Below, one piece after another: positions 50,374 through 60,990 of a stretch of 64,000 nt of DNA. The notes below the pieces were generated by a model that worked only from the letters and a program-made list of their open reading frames with translations, did no database searches and was not told the origin of the DNA. Each line of letters opens with the position of its first letter. The stretch's first letter is position 1. Source of the DNA: Acidobacteriota bacterium (GTDB lineage Bacteria; Acidobacteriota; Blastocatellia; RBC074); the NCBI GenBank assembly GCA_022072205.1, contig JAJVID010000143.1, positions 727 through 64,726 on the forward strand, written 5' to 3'. A program made the position numbers and the translations under genes.

Positions 50374-53300
50374 CTACTTGCTGATCCGCAAATCCTGCTT
50401 CGAGAAATCAACGCCGGTGTGGCCTTGCTCGTCCGCGCCTTTGATCATCAAGCGAACCTGAGTGCGGCTGTTCACGGGCAAGTCCTTCGGGATCGTCCAC
50501 TGAAACTGGTTGGCGTAGCCGGGCAGATCGGCGATGACTGTTGAGTAGCTGGCGCCGCCGTCGGTTGAAAGCCTGATCTGGTATTTGCTCATCCGCGCCG
50601 CATGCGATGTTGACCACGAAATCAGCGCGGGTTTGCCTGGGGAAAGATGATTCTCCGGCTCGATCAGCGTGATGCTGGGCGCGCCGTCAATGACGACCGC
50701 GATGTCCAGCCGGGCGAATTTGTCCGTCTGTTCGTTCATCGCGCGGAAAGAGATTTGATAGACGTTCCCCGCCTGCATTGAATTCGGCGTAAAGAGAAAA
50801 CTGCCATCGCTCGGATCGAACACCGCTCCGGCTGGAAGGTTATAAGCGTAAAGCTGAACGGGCGCGCCGCGTTCGTCAGTTTGCGGAAGCGCGAAGCCGA
50901 GCGATTGGCCGACAAGCAGCTTCTGCGATTTCAATTCGCTCAGAGAGATCCGCTTCCGGGGCGCGTCAGGTTGCGAGGCCAGCGGCGGCGCTGAGCGAAA
51001 GGGTCGCGCGAAAACGCGCGCCTCCTCGAACGTGAAGAAACTTTGGCCGTAAGCGTCTTTGTCAATCCTGGTCTTTTGCACGCGCACGTAGCGGAAGCCG
51101 TCGGCGACGGTCACGCTCGCCAGCCAGGTTTGTTTGAACGGCACTGGCGTTTCGCCTCGTTCGCCGAGCTTCGTCGAAGTTTTGAAGCTCGGATCGTTCG
51201 ACGCCAGGACTTCAAAATTGCGGCGCGTCACGGGTTGATCCTGATCGTTGCGGAAGACGATTTCGACCGATGCGATCTGGAACTTCCTGCCCAAATCAAC
51301 CTGCCACCATTCGGGCTTGCCAGTGTTGGAATCGGAATGCCACGCCGAATTTTTGCCGGAGACCGCGCTCTGCCCGTCGTTGGCGGCGCTTGCAAGCCCG
51401 ATGACGTCCGACCACTGCCTGACGCTCGAAGCTGTGGCCGGGCGATTGAGCGCGACGTTGGCGAGCGTGGCCTGCGTCGGTACGGTTCGCGGCTGCGCAG
51501 GCGTGGGCGTGTTTGTCGTCAGAATCACGGGTTGAGGAGTTACCGGTTGAGAGTTTGCCGGCTGCGGCGGCATTGGTTGCGGCGGCGCGGGTTGCGCTGG
51601 GGCCGATTGGCCGGGCGCGATTATCGAACCGGCGATCTCAGGCAGATATTCCGAAACGGTCAGTCCCATCTGCCCATAAACTTTGGTCGCCGATGCGGGG
51701 TAAAGCAGCGAGCGGAAGTTGATGATGTGGCGCGACGCCGACGCGACGCTTTTTCCTTCATTGAAATCGCGGTAGAAGGCGTAATCGCGAAAAATCTGCT
51801 GCGCGCGCGCGCGCAAATCGGCTCGATTGGAAATGCGCGCCGCCGTAGCCAGCACGGGCAATGCCAGGCCCGCAAGCGCGACCGAACGATCCCCGGCGAC
51901 TTTCTCCGGCGTCCAGAAATATGAAATCCCATTCGGCAGGTAAGTGCCGTCGGTCATCTTCGATCCGGGCTTGATCGGTGGATTTTCTTTGTTGATCAGC
52001 CAGTCGGCGATGCGAACGAGGTAATCGGCGACGCGTTTGTCACCGGTCTCGCGCCAGTATTCGATCACGCCCAGTTGCGAGTAACTCCACGCCCAGGGTT
52101 GCGCGGCCTGAATCACATCGGCCCCGCGACTGATGTAATAGCCTTTGCGCCCGAACGACTCTTCAGTTTGAACCAGCAGGTATACGTCGTCTCGCGCTTT
52201 GTTGAGATAGCGCGCATCGCCGGTGTAGCGGTAAGCGGCCATCAGACCGTGCGCGGGCCAGCCGACCCAGCGCGGCTCGTTCCACCCCAGCGCGTTCGCG
52301 TAAGTGAAATTCATCCGCAGAAAAGCGTCGGCTCCATCAAGAGCCGATTCGCGCACGGCCTCATCGCCGGTCAGCGCCCAATACAACCACATCCCTTCGA
52401 TCCAGGAATGACTGGGGACAGGCTCTTTGAACGTGCCGTGATCGCCCTTCTCGTAAAAAGCCAGCCCTCGGAAATTCCATGTTTTTTCGACGGTCAGAAA
52501 ATCGTCGGCGCGGTAATGGCCCCAGTCGGCGCGGTAACGCGCCATCTCGCCGCCCAGCCGGAACGCGCGCGCGTCGCCCGTGCGCAGGTATTCGCGCAGG
52601 AGCACGAACGGCAGATCGTAATGAACGTTGGCGTAACCGTCGCCCCAGGCCAGATCGCCGAAATTGCGCCATCCGAATTGCTCGCCGTTTTCGCCGCGAT
52701 TGCGATATTCAAAGATCGAGCTTGGCGGAACCGCGCCCGCGTCGTCGGTGGCTTCGACCGCGTAACCAGACGCGAACATCCGTTCGACGCGGTTCGCGGC
52801 CTCGCTCATCACCTCGTCTTTTCCGAAAAAGTCGCGCCAATCGCGGCTTTCGACGAACGCTGGCCGCACCGCGCCGGTTGTGGCGATGTAAGCCGGATCG
52901 AGCGTGGCAGGCGTCGAGTCGGTCAACGCCCGCGCGCTGATCGTTTGCTGGCCGATATAAAAATCAGTCGTCTTCGCGCGCGCGCCGTCGAAGATGTAAT
53001 CGTTGCCAGTGTCGGGCAGAACGTCGAAGCTGATGCCGTCGGCTGAGCCTCGCAAAGCCTTCGGATAATTTTCGACGAATTCGGGAACGGCTATTTCAAA
53101 CAACCCGGCGACGAGTGACGCGCCGCTTTGTTTTTCCGCGAGGCGGGCGTGGGCTTCGTTAGCGTCCAGAACCTGCGAAACGCCCGAAGCCGGCGTGACG
53201 GTCGGCAGCAAAACCGACAGGCTGCGCAGGAGCGCGTGTTGCGGGAACGGCGGCTGGAACGAACGATACGCGCCGAAACCGAACGTCCCATTGTTCATCA

Positions 53301-54504
53301 TCCGCAATCGAACGCGAACGAAAGGCTGATTGGCGTAAACGTAATACCGCAGCGTGAAGGCGACGGTCGGCAAGGCTTTGCCCGAAGCGCTTTTGAAATA
53401 TCCATCCTGCCGCACGACCGCGCGCAGCGGGTTCGATTCTTCGACAAACGTGTGTTCGATGAAGGCGTTCGCGGGTTGATTGGCGGCATTCACCACGATC
53501 AATTTCTCGCCGACCAGGTGATTGGGTTTCAGCGGCGCGGTGAATTGAACCGTCTGATCGCTGGCGCTTTTGATCGTGGAGGTCTCCTGCTCGACGCTCA
53601 GATCGCGGATGGTCGCGCCCGCCGCGTGCTTGAATTTCAGCGGCGCGGCGGTTCGCAAATCTCCGGGCTGAGTCGAGGCCACCAGAACGTCTTCTTCGCG
53701 CGGAGTCCCTTCATCAACGCGGTAGCGGCGGTCGGCGGTGAAACTCCAATCGTTGACGACCAGTCGCGCGCTGCCTGCCGGAGCGTCCCACTTCAACGTG
53801 TCCACGTGCTCGAATCGCGCGACGTCTCCGGCCTTGAACTGCGCCGTGTCGTTGACGGTCACGGCGTCGGGCGATTGTCCAAGCCGCGTGATCAACGCGC
53901 GGCGCGGCAGATCGGCTCGAACCGTGACGGGGGCCCGCAACTGCTCTCTGCCGCTGAGCATGAAACTTTTGATTAACTCTTCGCCTGACTTTGGAAATTC
54001 GACTTCGAGCCGTGAATTGCTCGCGCGAACAGCGCCGCCCACGTCGGTGATGGTCACGGGAGGCAAATCGGCGCGCGCGGCGGGAGTCAGAAAATGAAGA
54101 CCTGCGAGGTTCGGTTTGAAATCCACCAGCAGCCATTTAACGGGCCTGGCTCCGTCGTTTGCGACGCCGCGCCACCGCGCCAGCACGCGCATTTGAGCGG
54201 GCACGGGCGCGCCGTTCGCGTCGGTGACGCCAAGCCACATCGGATCGTAGAGCTTCGCCGACTCGCTGATCGGAACTCCAATCGTGATCGGCAAAGAGGC
54301 GCTGCTGACGTTGATCGGAATGCGGATTGGCCCAGCCTGTGTTTGTGAAGCTTGCGATTGCGCGCCGGGCGCGGCCTGACGCGATGGCAAAACTGTTAAG
54401 CAGAGACACAACGCGGCCAGACAAAGGCAGCTTTGCAGAAAGGCGGATTGAGGAGCTTGATTGAACAAAGTTCGAACAGTCGGTGAAAAACCCATGCCTG
54501 CCAT
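50374..54504 (-). CDS. 1376-aa secreted multidomain protein: unknown N-terminal region, alpha/alpha-toroid-like middle, Pro-rich linker, F5/8 type C (discoidin) domain, cadherin/Ig-like domain
   Basis: Signal/anchor LCLAALCLCLTVLP and linker PAQPAPPQPMPPQPANSQPVTPQP. Discoidin-like segment LNRPATASS...NSAWHSD...EWWQVDLG...IASVEIVFRND. Ig-like segment YAYNLPAGAVFDPSDGSFLFTP. The catalytic family is not recognised. Confidence 0.8.
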   Translation of the reverse strand: MAGMGFSPTVRTLFNQAPQSAFLQSCLCLAALCLCLTVLPSRQAAPGAQSQASQTQAGPIRIPINVSSASLPITIGVPISESAKLYDPMWLGVTDANGAPVPAQMRVLARWRGVANDGARPVKWLLVDFKPNLAGLHFLTPAARADLPPVTITDVGGAVRASNSRLEVEFPKSGEELIKSFMLSGREQLRAPVTVRADLPRRALITRLGQSPDAVTVNDTAQFKAGDVARFEHVDTLKWDAPAGSARLVVNDWSFTADRRYRVDEGTPREEDVLVASTQPGDLRTAAPLKFKHAAGATIRDLSVEQETSTIKSASDQTVQFTAPLKPNHLVGEKLIVVNAANQPANAFIEHTFVEESNPLRAVVRQDGYFKSASGKALPTVAFTLRYYVYANQPFVRVRLRMMNNGTFGFGAYRSFQPPFPQHALLRSLSVLLPTVTPASGVSQVLDANEAHARLAEKQSGASLVAGLFEIAVPEFVENYPKALRGSADGISFDVLPDTGNDYIFDGARAKTTDFYIGQQTISARALTDSTPATLDPAYIATTGAVRPAFVESRDWRDFFGKDEVMSEAANRVERMFASGYAVEATDDAGAVPPSSIFEYRNRGENGEQFGWRNFGDLAWGDGYANVHYDLPFVLLREYLRTGDARAFRLGGEMARYRADWGHYRADDFLTVEKTWNFRGLAFYEKGDHGTFKEPVPSHSWIEGMWLYWALTGDEAVRESALDGADAFLRMNFTYANALGWNEPRWVGWPAHGLMAAYRYTGDARYLNKARDDVYLLVQTEESFGRKGYYISRGADVIQAAQPWAWSYSQLGVIEYWRETGDKRVADYLVRIADWLINKENPPIKPGSKMTDGTYLPNGISYFWTPEKVAGDRSVALAGLALPVLATAARISNRADLRARAQQIFRDYAFYRDFNEGKSVASASRHIINFRSLLYPASATKVYGQMGLTVSEYLPEIAGSIIAPGQSAPAQPAPPQPMPPQPANSQPVTPQPVILTTNTPTPAQPRTVPTQATLANVALNRPATASSVRQWSDVIGLASAANDGQSAVSGKNSAWHSDSNTGKPEWWQVDLGRKFQIASVEIVFRNDQDQPVTRRNFEVLASNDPSFKTSTKLGERGETPVPFKQTWLASVTVADGFRYVRVQKTRIDKDAYGQSFFTFEEARVFARPFRSAPPLASQPDAPRKRISLSELKSQKLLVGQSLGFALPQTDERGAPVQLYAYNLPAGAVFDPSDGSFLFTPNSMQAGNVYQISFRAMNEQTDKFARLDIAVVIDGAPSITLIEPENHLSPGKPALISWSTSHAARMSKYQIRLSTDGGASYSTVIADLPGYANQFQWTIPKDLPVNSRTQVRLMIKGADEQGHTGVDFSKQDLRISK

Positions 54505-54620
54505 GCGTATTTGATAAATGAGCGCGAAAAACTTATGAAAATACGGGGTAGCGGACGCGGGTGGGATGCCGCCGAGAGAATATCACAGGCTGCGGGATTT
54601 GAAAGCGCGCCAGGGAAATT

Positions 54621-55574
54621 TTGCGGTTAATGCGAATGGATCGGTATCGCTCGCGGTACCGGCGCGAATTTGCTAAGGTGCGCTGCGTGTGGAAGGGCAG
54701 ATTAGATACGAAAACATTCTTGAAGACGGGCGCGATTTCGGTCGCCTGGGGCGCGCTTTATTTCGACACGCTGCGGCGCCTGGTTGACGACTGGCGGGTT
54801 GACGAAAACTACTCGCACGGGTTTCTGATTCCGATCATCAGCGGCTACGCGATCTGGAACAACCGAGAACGAATCTTTTCGACGAAGCCTGCGCCACGAG
54901 TTTTTCTCGGCGGCGCATTGATGCTGATCGCCGTGTTGATGCTGTTCGTGGGCATTGCCGGAGCCGAGTTGTACATCACGCGCATCTCGATGATCCTGTC
55001 GCTCGCGGCCCTGGTCGTCTACTTTCGCGGGATTGAATGGCTGCGGCTGCTGGCATTCCCGATTGGCCTGTCGCTGTTTGCGATTCCGGTTCCAAGCATA
55101 GTCTTCAACCAGATCGCGTTTCCGATGCAGTTGATGGCTTCCGATTACGCTACGCGCGCGATCCGTCTGTTCGGCGTTCCCGCGCTGCGCGAAGGCAACG
55201 TGATCGAGTTGGCGCAGATGAAATTGCAGGTCGTCGAGGCGTGCAGCGGGATTCGTTCGCTGATGACGCTGGCGGCGCTGGCGGTCGTTTACGCTTACTT
55301 CACCGAAAAGCGATGGACGCGCCGCATCGCGCTGGTCATCGCTGTGATCCCGATCGCGATCATCGCCAACGCCGCGCGCGTCGCAGGAACCGGAGTGATG
55401 GCGCACGCCTGGGGTATTCAGGCCGCCGAAGGTTTCCTGCACGGGTTTTCGGGATGGCTGGTGTTCGTCGTCGCCGTGTTGTTGCTGCTTGCGTTCGCGC
55501 GGGTGATGAGTTGGGTCGAGAGGTTGACTGCTTCAGCGCCGCGAGCGGTAGCAAGTGAGTGGCCTCGTAAGTAA
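54621..55574 (+). CDS. exosortase
   Basis: ENYSHGFLIP, catalytic Cys VVEACSGIRSL, NAARV and HGFSGW motifs. The track start is TTG 54621; ATG 54630 or 54636 are alternatives. Confidence 0.85.
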   Translation: MRLMRMDRYRSRYRREFAKVRCVWKGRLDTKTFLKTGAISVAWGALYFDTLRRLVDDWRVDENYSHGFLIPIISGYAIWNNRERIFSTKPAPRVFLGGALMLIAVLMLFVGIAGAELYITRISMILSLAALVVYFRGIEWLRLLAFPIGLSLFAIPVPSIVFNQIAFPMQLMASDYATRAIRLFGVPALREGNVIELAQMKLQVVEACSGIRSLMTLAALAVVYAYFTEKRWTRRIALVIAVIPIAIIANAARVAGTGVMAHAWGIQAAEGFLHGFSGWLVFVVAVLLLLAFARVMSWVERLTASAPRAVASEWPRK

Positions 55575-55627
55575 CGAACCTGGGAGTATCCGCTCGCTAC
55601 TTCTCGTGGCGCTGACATAGCTGATGA

Positions 55628-56275
55628 ATGATGAAGAACCTGAGTTACATCTCGATGCTGTTGTTTCTGCTGCTCTCCGCCGCGTTCGCGCAATACCTGT
55701 CGCGCGAAGACAGCCGCGAGCTAATCCCGCCGCGCGTCTCGCTTTCGGAGTTTCCTCAGCAATTCGGCGTGTGGCGGCAGATCGAGGAGCAGCGTCTGGG
55801 CGAAGGGCAATTCAGGGAATTGAAGGCGGACGATTACATCTCGCGCACCTACGTCAACGACAAAGGATTCCCGGTTTTTCTCTTCATTGCCTGGTACGCC
55901 AGCCAGCGTCATCGCCAGACTTTCCATTCGCCGCAGAACTGTTTGCCGGGCGCCGGATGGACGATGGGCGGTCACAAGCTTCATCACGCTGGCTCCGAGG
56001 AAAGCCGAATCAATGAATACCTGATCGGGAAAGATGACGCGAAGATGATCGCGCTCTACTGGTATCACGGGCGCGGGCGGATTGTGGCCAACGAATATTG
56101 GGGGCGTCTCTACACGATCAAAGATTCGATTGCGCGGGGGCGAACCGATGGAGCTTTGGTTCGCGTGATCGCGCCAATGGGCAAAGGCGAAGGCGCGGAA
56201 GAGCAGGCGAGGCAAACCGCGTTGGATTTTGCGGGTAAGCTTATGCCGATGTTGTCAAATTACATCCCCGACTGA
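55628..56275 (+). CDS. EpsI family exosortase-associated protein
   Basis: Signal anchor and the FHSPQNCLPGAGW motif typical of EpsI. It lies directly after the exosortase gene. Confidence 0.8.
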   Translation: MMKNLSYISMLLFLLLSAAFAQYLSREDSRELIPPRVSLSEFPQQFGVWRQIEEQRLGEGQFRELKADDYISRTYVNDKGFPVFLFIAWYASQRHRQTFHSPQNCLPGAGWTMGGHKLHHAGSEESRINEYLIGKDDAKMIALYWYHGRGRIVANEYWGRLYTIKDSIARGRTDGALVRVIAPMGKGEGAEEQARQTALDFAGKLMPMLSNYIPD

Positions 56276-56373
56276 ATGGGGCAGGCGATATTTTCAAAGC
56301 TTCGTCGAATCGTGTTATCTTCGCGCCTCCTTATCGGCAATGAAAACCACCAACAACAGAAAGAGGATTTTGT

Positions 56374-57153
56374 ATGCTTCTTGAAGGCAAGAAAGGTTTG
56401 ATCCTGGGCGTTGCGAACAAGCAGAGCATCGCCTGGGCGATTGCGGAATCCGCTGCGCGCGAGGGCGCGAAGTTGATCTTCAATTACCAGAACGACAGGT
56501 TCAAAGACAAAGTCGAAAAGCTGGCCGAAGGCATCGAAGGTTCAAAGGCTTTCCAGTGCGATGTCGGAAACGATGGCGAGATCGCCGCCTTGATGAAGAA
56601 CGTCGAAGATGAGTTCGGACGTCTTGATTTCCTGGTTCATTCAATCGCGTACGCGCCGAGCGAGGAACTGGCTGGCGAATTCATCAACACTTCGCGGCAG
56701 GGCTTCGCGACGGCTCTGGAAGTCAGCGCCTATTCGCTCATCGCCGTGTCGCGCGCCGCGTTGCCGCTGATGAACAGTGGCGGCTCGATCGTCACGTTGA
56801 CCTATCTGGGCGCCGAACGAGTCGTTCCGAATTACAACGTGATGGGTGTGGCAAAGGCCGCGCTGGAAGCTTCGGTGCGTTATCTGGCGAACGATCTTGG
56901 GCCGCGAGGCATCCGGGTCAACGCGATTTCAGCCGGGCCGATCAGAACACTGGCGGCGCGCGGCGTTGGAGGCATTAGCAAGATGGTCGAGCATCACCGC
57001 GAGATAGCTCCGCTGCGACACGCGACCGAACAGGCCGAAGTCGGCGACACCGCATTGTTATTGTTGAGTTCGCTCGGACGCGGAGTGACGGGCGAGGTGA
57101 TTTACGTTGACGGCGGTTATCATATTCTGGGGACGCTTGCGCCGATGGGCTGA
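56374..57153 (+). CDS. fabI: enoyl-[acyl-carrier-protein] reductase (NADH)
   Basis: LEGKKGLILGVANKQSIAWAIA and the Y-x6-K segment (YNVMGVAKAALE). Confidence 0.92.
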   Translation: MLLEGKKGLILGVANKQSIAWAIAESAAREGAKLIFNYQNDRFKDKVEKLAEGIEGSKAFQCDVGNDGEIAALMKNVEDEFGRLDFLVHSIAYAPSEELAGEFINTSRQGFATALEVSAYSLIAVSRAALPLMNSGGSIVTLTYLGAERVVPNYNVMGVAKAALEASVRYLANDLGPRGIRVNAISAGPIRTLAARGVGGISKMVEHHREIAPLRHATEQAEVGDTALLLLSSLGRGVTGEVIYVDGGYHILGTLAPMG

Positions 57154-57167
57154 AGCATCGGGGCAGA

Positions 57168-57662
57168 TCAATTCGACAAAAGCAGTTTGATGTACGGACG
57201 CAACACCGGCTCGGTGATAATTTCGCCGAGCCTTTTATTTGTGATGAATCGCCAGACGGGTTCGCCGCCTTCCTGACGTTTGAGAATCAGTTCAGCGACC
57301 GTTCGCGGTTCGAGCATAACGTTTTGACTTAAACCTATCCGCGCGCGCGCCAATCCTCCGCCGGGCACAAAACCGTGTTGCGGTTCGCGCGGCCAGCCGG
57401 CTTCGACGATCAATGTCTTTTCGCGAAAACGCGCGCCGAATCGCTCGCCAACCATCGTCGCATCTTCGATTTTGAACTGCCATTCATGACGGCCAACCTG
57501 CAAAGGCGGATTGGCGCCAGCGCTCAATTCGCGGCTGATCTCCGAGCAGATCACGTCGAGCGCGTTCCACAACCATTGCTTGCCGCGTTCGCGCAATTGG
57601 TCATTTGCGGCCTTCAGCGCCAGGTATTCGTCGGCCAACTCTTTGTTGTCCGGGTTGTTCAT
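57168..57662 (-). CDS. hypothetical protein, translationally coupled downstream of recR
   Basis: 164-aa ORF whose ATG lies 3 nt after the recR stop. No recognisable motif. Confidence 0.55.
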   Translation of the reverse strand: MNNPDNKELADEYLALKAANDQLRERGKQWLWNALDVICSEISRELSAGANPPLQVGRHEWQFKIEDATMVGERFGARFREKTLIVEAGWPREPQHGFVPGGGLARARIGLSQNVMLEPRTVAELILKRQEGGEPVWRFITNKRLGEIITEPVLRPYIKLLLSN

Positions 57663-57665
57663 TCG

Positions 57666-58280
57666 TCAGATTTCGTGGCGGTTGGCGAGAGCCTTGTGCA
57701 TCGTCACTTCGTCGGCGTATTCGAGATCGCTGCCGACGGGCAGCCCCATTGCGATGCGCGTGATGCGGAAGCCGAGCGGTTTGAGCAGGCGCGCCAGGTA
57801 ATTCGCCGTAGCCTCGCCTTCGGTGTTCGGGTTTGTGGCGAGAATGATTTCCTTAACACTGCTTTCGCCGCTTTCGTTCGGGCGCAGGCGTTCAAGCAGG
57901 TTTTTGATCCGAAGCTCTTCGGGGCCAATGCCTCTGATCGGCGAAAGCGCGCCGTGCAGGACGTGGTAGAGGCCGTGATACTCGCGCGTCTTTTCAATCG
58001 CCACCAGATTGTAAGGCTCTTCGACGACACAGATGACCGACCGATCGCGCGAATGGCCGGAACAGTAACGGCAGGGATCAACGTCTGTCAGGTTGTTGCA
58101 GGTAGAACAAAAAACGATCTTCTCTTTGACTTCGCGGATAGCTTCAATCAGACGGTCGGTCTCTTCCTGAGGCGCCTTGAGCACATGAAACGCCAGCCGC
58201 TGCGCCGATTTGTGACCGATGCCGGGCAGCCGTTTAAATTCATCTATGAGTTTTGTTACAGGTTCTGCGTAATCGAGCAT
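57666..58280 (-). CDS. recR: recombination protein RecR
   Basis: HhH motif [15 protein letters not shown], zinc finger [16 protein letters not shown], and Toprim domain. Confidence 0.93.
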   Translation of the reverse strand: MLDYAEPVTKLIDEFKRLPGIGHKSAQRLAFHVLKAPQEETDRLIEAIREVKEKIVFCSTCNNLTDVDPCRYCSGHSRDRSVICVVEEPYNLVAIEKTREYHGLYHVLHGALSPIRGIGPEELRIKNLLERLRPNESGESSVKEIILATNPNTEGEATANYLARLLKPLGFRITRIAMGLPVGSDLEYADEVTMHKALANRHEI

Positions 58281-58283
58281 AGT

Positions 58284-58368
58284 GGAATGGGGAATGGGGA
58301 ATGGGGAATGGGGAATGGGGATGGAATCTCAAGCTTATTCCGCATTCTGCATTCCGCATTCCCCATTC
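58284..58368 (-). repeat. GGAATGG heptad hairpin filling the ybaB-recR junction
   Basis: (ggaatgg)x5 at 58284-58318, then ggatgga atctcaa gcttatt, then ccgcatt ctgcatt ccgcatt ccccatt at 58340-58367. The arms are complementary at about 28/32 positions. Confidence 0.9.
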
Positions 58369-58370
58369 GG

Positions 58371-58682
58371 TTACATCAACCCCGGAATATTCAATCCGCC
58401 AAGAGCGCCGCCGAGTCTGTTGCTCGCGGTTTCGTCAACTTTACGGCCACATTCGTTGATCGCAGCCATGATCAAGTCCTGCAGCATTTCGATGTCGCTC
58501 GCGGCTTCAGGTTCGATTTTGACTGAAAGGACTTCTTTGAGGCCGTTCATTTCAACCCTGACAATGCCGCCTCCTGCCGTCGAATCAACGCGCAGGGTTT
58601 CCATCTCTTTCATCATCTGCTCTTGCATCTTCTGAGCCTGCTTCATCATTTGCTGCAGGTTCATTCCACCGGGAAGTTTCAT
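58371..58682 (-). CDS. ybaB: YbaB/EbfC family nucleoid-associated protein
   Basis: ATG 58680-58682 with [31 protein letters not shown]... is typical of the family. Located between dnaX and recR. Confidence 0.9.
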   Translation of the reverse strand: MKLPGGMNLQQMMKQAQKMQEQMMKEMETLRVDSTAGGGIVRVEMNGLKEVLSVKIEPEAASDIEMLQDLIMAAINECGRKVDETASNRLGGALGGLNIPGLM

Positions 58683-58799
58683 AACACTCTCCTTGAATTT
58701 TGTTACCAAAGCTTTGCGAATCAGCGGCCCTCATCATAACACGCTGAGACCGAAGCGAAGAACCCACTTATCAGTTGTCAATTGTTGAAGGAATTAAGC

Positions 58800-60623
58800 T
58801 CATTTAGTATTCGGAGTGAGAACCTCTTTTTCCTTCACCCAGAGTAACTCCGCCTTAGTCTTCTCTACGATCAGACGCACGGCGGGATTTTGCATCGCGC
58901 GTTCACGCAAGCCTCGCCGTTTTAATTCGGCTTCGTCTATCCGTTCCTCGATCTGTCCGCTGATTTTCACTTCCAGAGTGACTGGCCGCCCAAAAAGGCG
59001 CGCGCCGATGTCGCGGAAAAGCTGTGCGCTGTCGCGCACCCGTTTGGCGAAAACATCGTCGTTGTTGAACGTGATGGCAAGCGTGCCATCACGGAAATCC
59101 AGAGCCTGGGCGTCTTCAAGCGCAGTTAGAACCAGACCTCGATTCATCTTTTGTACCTCTTTCAGGATAGCTTCGACTTCGCGCCCGGCGGGAATCGAAA
59201 CGTCACTCGATTGTACTTGAGCTTGACGCGGCGCCGCTTGTCGAGGACGTTTGATAAATTCCGTCTGGTCAGGTTCGTAAGGCTCTGTCAGATCGAAATC
59301 CGGAAAATCGGGAGGCTCATCCATCCCGCCTGCCGGAGCTTTGGGAATTGATCCAATACTATTTCCCGGCAATTGCGATGTGGATTTGCCGGGTTGTTCT
59401 TTACTCACGGGGTTTTGATTATTAGTAACGGCGCCTTTTGTTACTGGTTGATTAGTAACTCCGCCGCCAGCGGAGCCATTTAACGTCGCCTCAAGGTACT
59501 CAAGCCTTTTTATCAGTTCATCAAGCGTCCTTAGCCTGACCGCATGAGTCAGCTTGACCAGTCCGATTTCGAGCTGAAAGCGTGGATGCGGTGAATCCTT
59601 TATTTCTTTTTCGGTTTCGGCCAGTAGATGAAAGAGCCTGACCAGGTCTTCTTCAGAAAAACTGGAAGCCAGTTGTTTCAACCGATCAACTTCTACGTCA
59701 GTAACACCAGGCAAGCCGTCACCACCTACAGATTTAATTACCAGCAGATGACGCAGGTATGCGGTCAACTCACGAGTAAAATTGCGCAGGTCGTAGCCCC
59801 GAACGAATACCTCTTCAACCAGATTGAGTATCTCCGGGGTGTTTTGGCTGGCGATAGCTTCCACGAAGTTTCCGAGCGTGGCGGCGCTGACCAGGCCCAG
59901 GGAGGTTGTAACGTCTTCTTCGGTAATCTGGTCTCCGCCGAAGGCTATAACCTGGTCGAACGCCGATTGCGCGTCGCGCAGGCTGCCCGCGCCAGCGCGA
60001 GCTATTTCGCGCAAGGCGGCGTCGCTTATTTTTACCCCTTCGCTGCCGGCTATTTCCCGCAGACGCTGAAATATCTTTTCGGTGGGAATCTGCCGGAATT
60101 CAAACTGCTGGCAACGCGAAAGTATAGTGTCGGGGACTTTGTGCAGTTCCGTCGTCGCCATAATGAAGACGACGTGCGCTGGCGGCTCTTCCAGAGTTTT
60201 GAGCAGGGCGTTGAACGCGCTCGTCGAAAGCATGTGGACTTCGTCAATGACGAACGCCTTGTAGCGATCCCGCGCGGGGGCGATTGCAATGTTGTTGATG
60301 ATCACATCACGCACATTATCAACTCCGGTGTTCGACGCGGCGTCAATTTCAAGCACGTCGAGTGAGCCGCCCGCAGCGATTTCGATGCAGGAAGGACATT
60401 GCAGGCAGGGCCGGCTGGTAACGCCGGTATGGCAGTTGAGGCCTTTAGCCAGTATCCGCGCGGTGGTGGTCTTGCCTGTGCCTCGCACGCCGGAAAAAAG
60501 GTAGGCGTGATGAAGCCGCCGCTGGTCCAGCGCGTGTCCGAGCGTGCGTGAAATATGCTCCTGGCCTGTCAAATCGGTGAAGGTTTGAGGGCGGTATTTA
60601 CGAGCAATGACCTGATAACTCAC
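58800..60623 (-). CDS. dnaX: DNA polymerase III subunit gamma/tau
   Basis: AAA+ P-loop [16 protein letters not shown], zinc module [16 protein letters not shown], and SRC motif. Confidence 0.93.
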   Translation of the reverse strand: MSYQVIARKYRPQTFTDLTGQEHISRTLGHALDQRRLHHAYLFSGVRGTGKTTTARILAKGLNCHTGVTSRPCLQCPSCIEIAAGGSLDVLEIDAASNTGVDNVRDVIINNIAIAPARDRYKAFVIDEVHMLSTSAFNALLKTLEEPPAHVVFIMATTELHKVPDTILSRCQQFEFRQIPTEKIFQRLREIAGSEGVKISDAALREIARAGAGSLRDAQSAFDQVIAFGGDQITEEDVTTSLGLVSAATLGNFVEAIASQNTPEILNLVEEVFVRGYDLRNFTRELTAYLRHLLVIKSVGGDGLPGVTDVEVDRLKQLASSFSEEDLVRLFHLLAETEKEIKDSPHPRFQLEIGLVKLTHAVRLRTLDELIKRLEYLEATLNGSAGGGVTNQPVTKGAVTNNQNPVSKEQPGKSTSQLPGNSIGSIPKAPAGGMDEPPDFPDFDLTEPYEPDQTEFIKRPRQAAPRQAQVQSSDVSIPAGREVEAILKEVQKMNRGLVLTALEDAQALDFRDGTLAITFNNDDVFAKRVRDSAQLFRDIGARLFGRPVTLEVKISGQIEERIDEAELKRRGLRERAMQNPAVRLIVEKTKAELLWVKEKEVLTPNTK

Positions 60624-60990
60624 AATCTGTTCCTTTTGTTTGAACCTGAGTTTGAAAATGCCTGGATGTGATCCGTAGTGTTTGGCGAAATCGAAGAATA
60701 ACGTAGTTACGCCAGGCGCTCAAGCCGCGCCCGGATTCGATAAATTGAAGCTGGCAAGTGAAAATCGAGAGATGATAAACCGCAGCCAAATACCGACATC
60801 AAGTTAATTCTTCTTGGCTTTTTACATAAAAGGTAGTTTAATACGGAGCAAGTTAGTCTCCTGATGTTACTGGTTAGCTCGAAGCTGAGAAGGTAAGATG
60901 GCTTCAAGGTGGAGTATTTGTTAGAGGCAGAGAGTAACATCGGAGCATTTTGAACTATCAACAAACTTAATTTTATGAGGAGAGTAGCGC

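Noticed and set aside
58800-60623. Programmed -1 frameshift or slippage site in dnaX (gamma versus tau).
   Set aside because: The A-runs in the coding strand (near 59510, 59605, 60025) do not form an X XXY YYZ heptamer of the A AAA AAG type or an A9 slippage tract.
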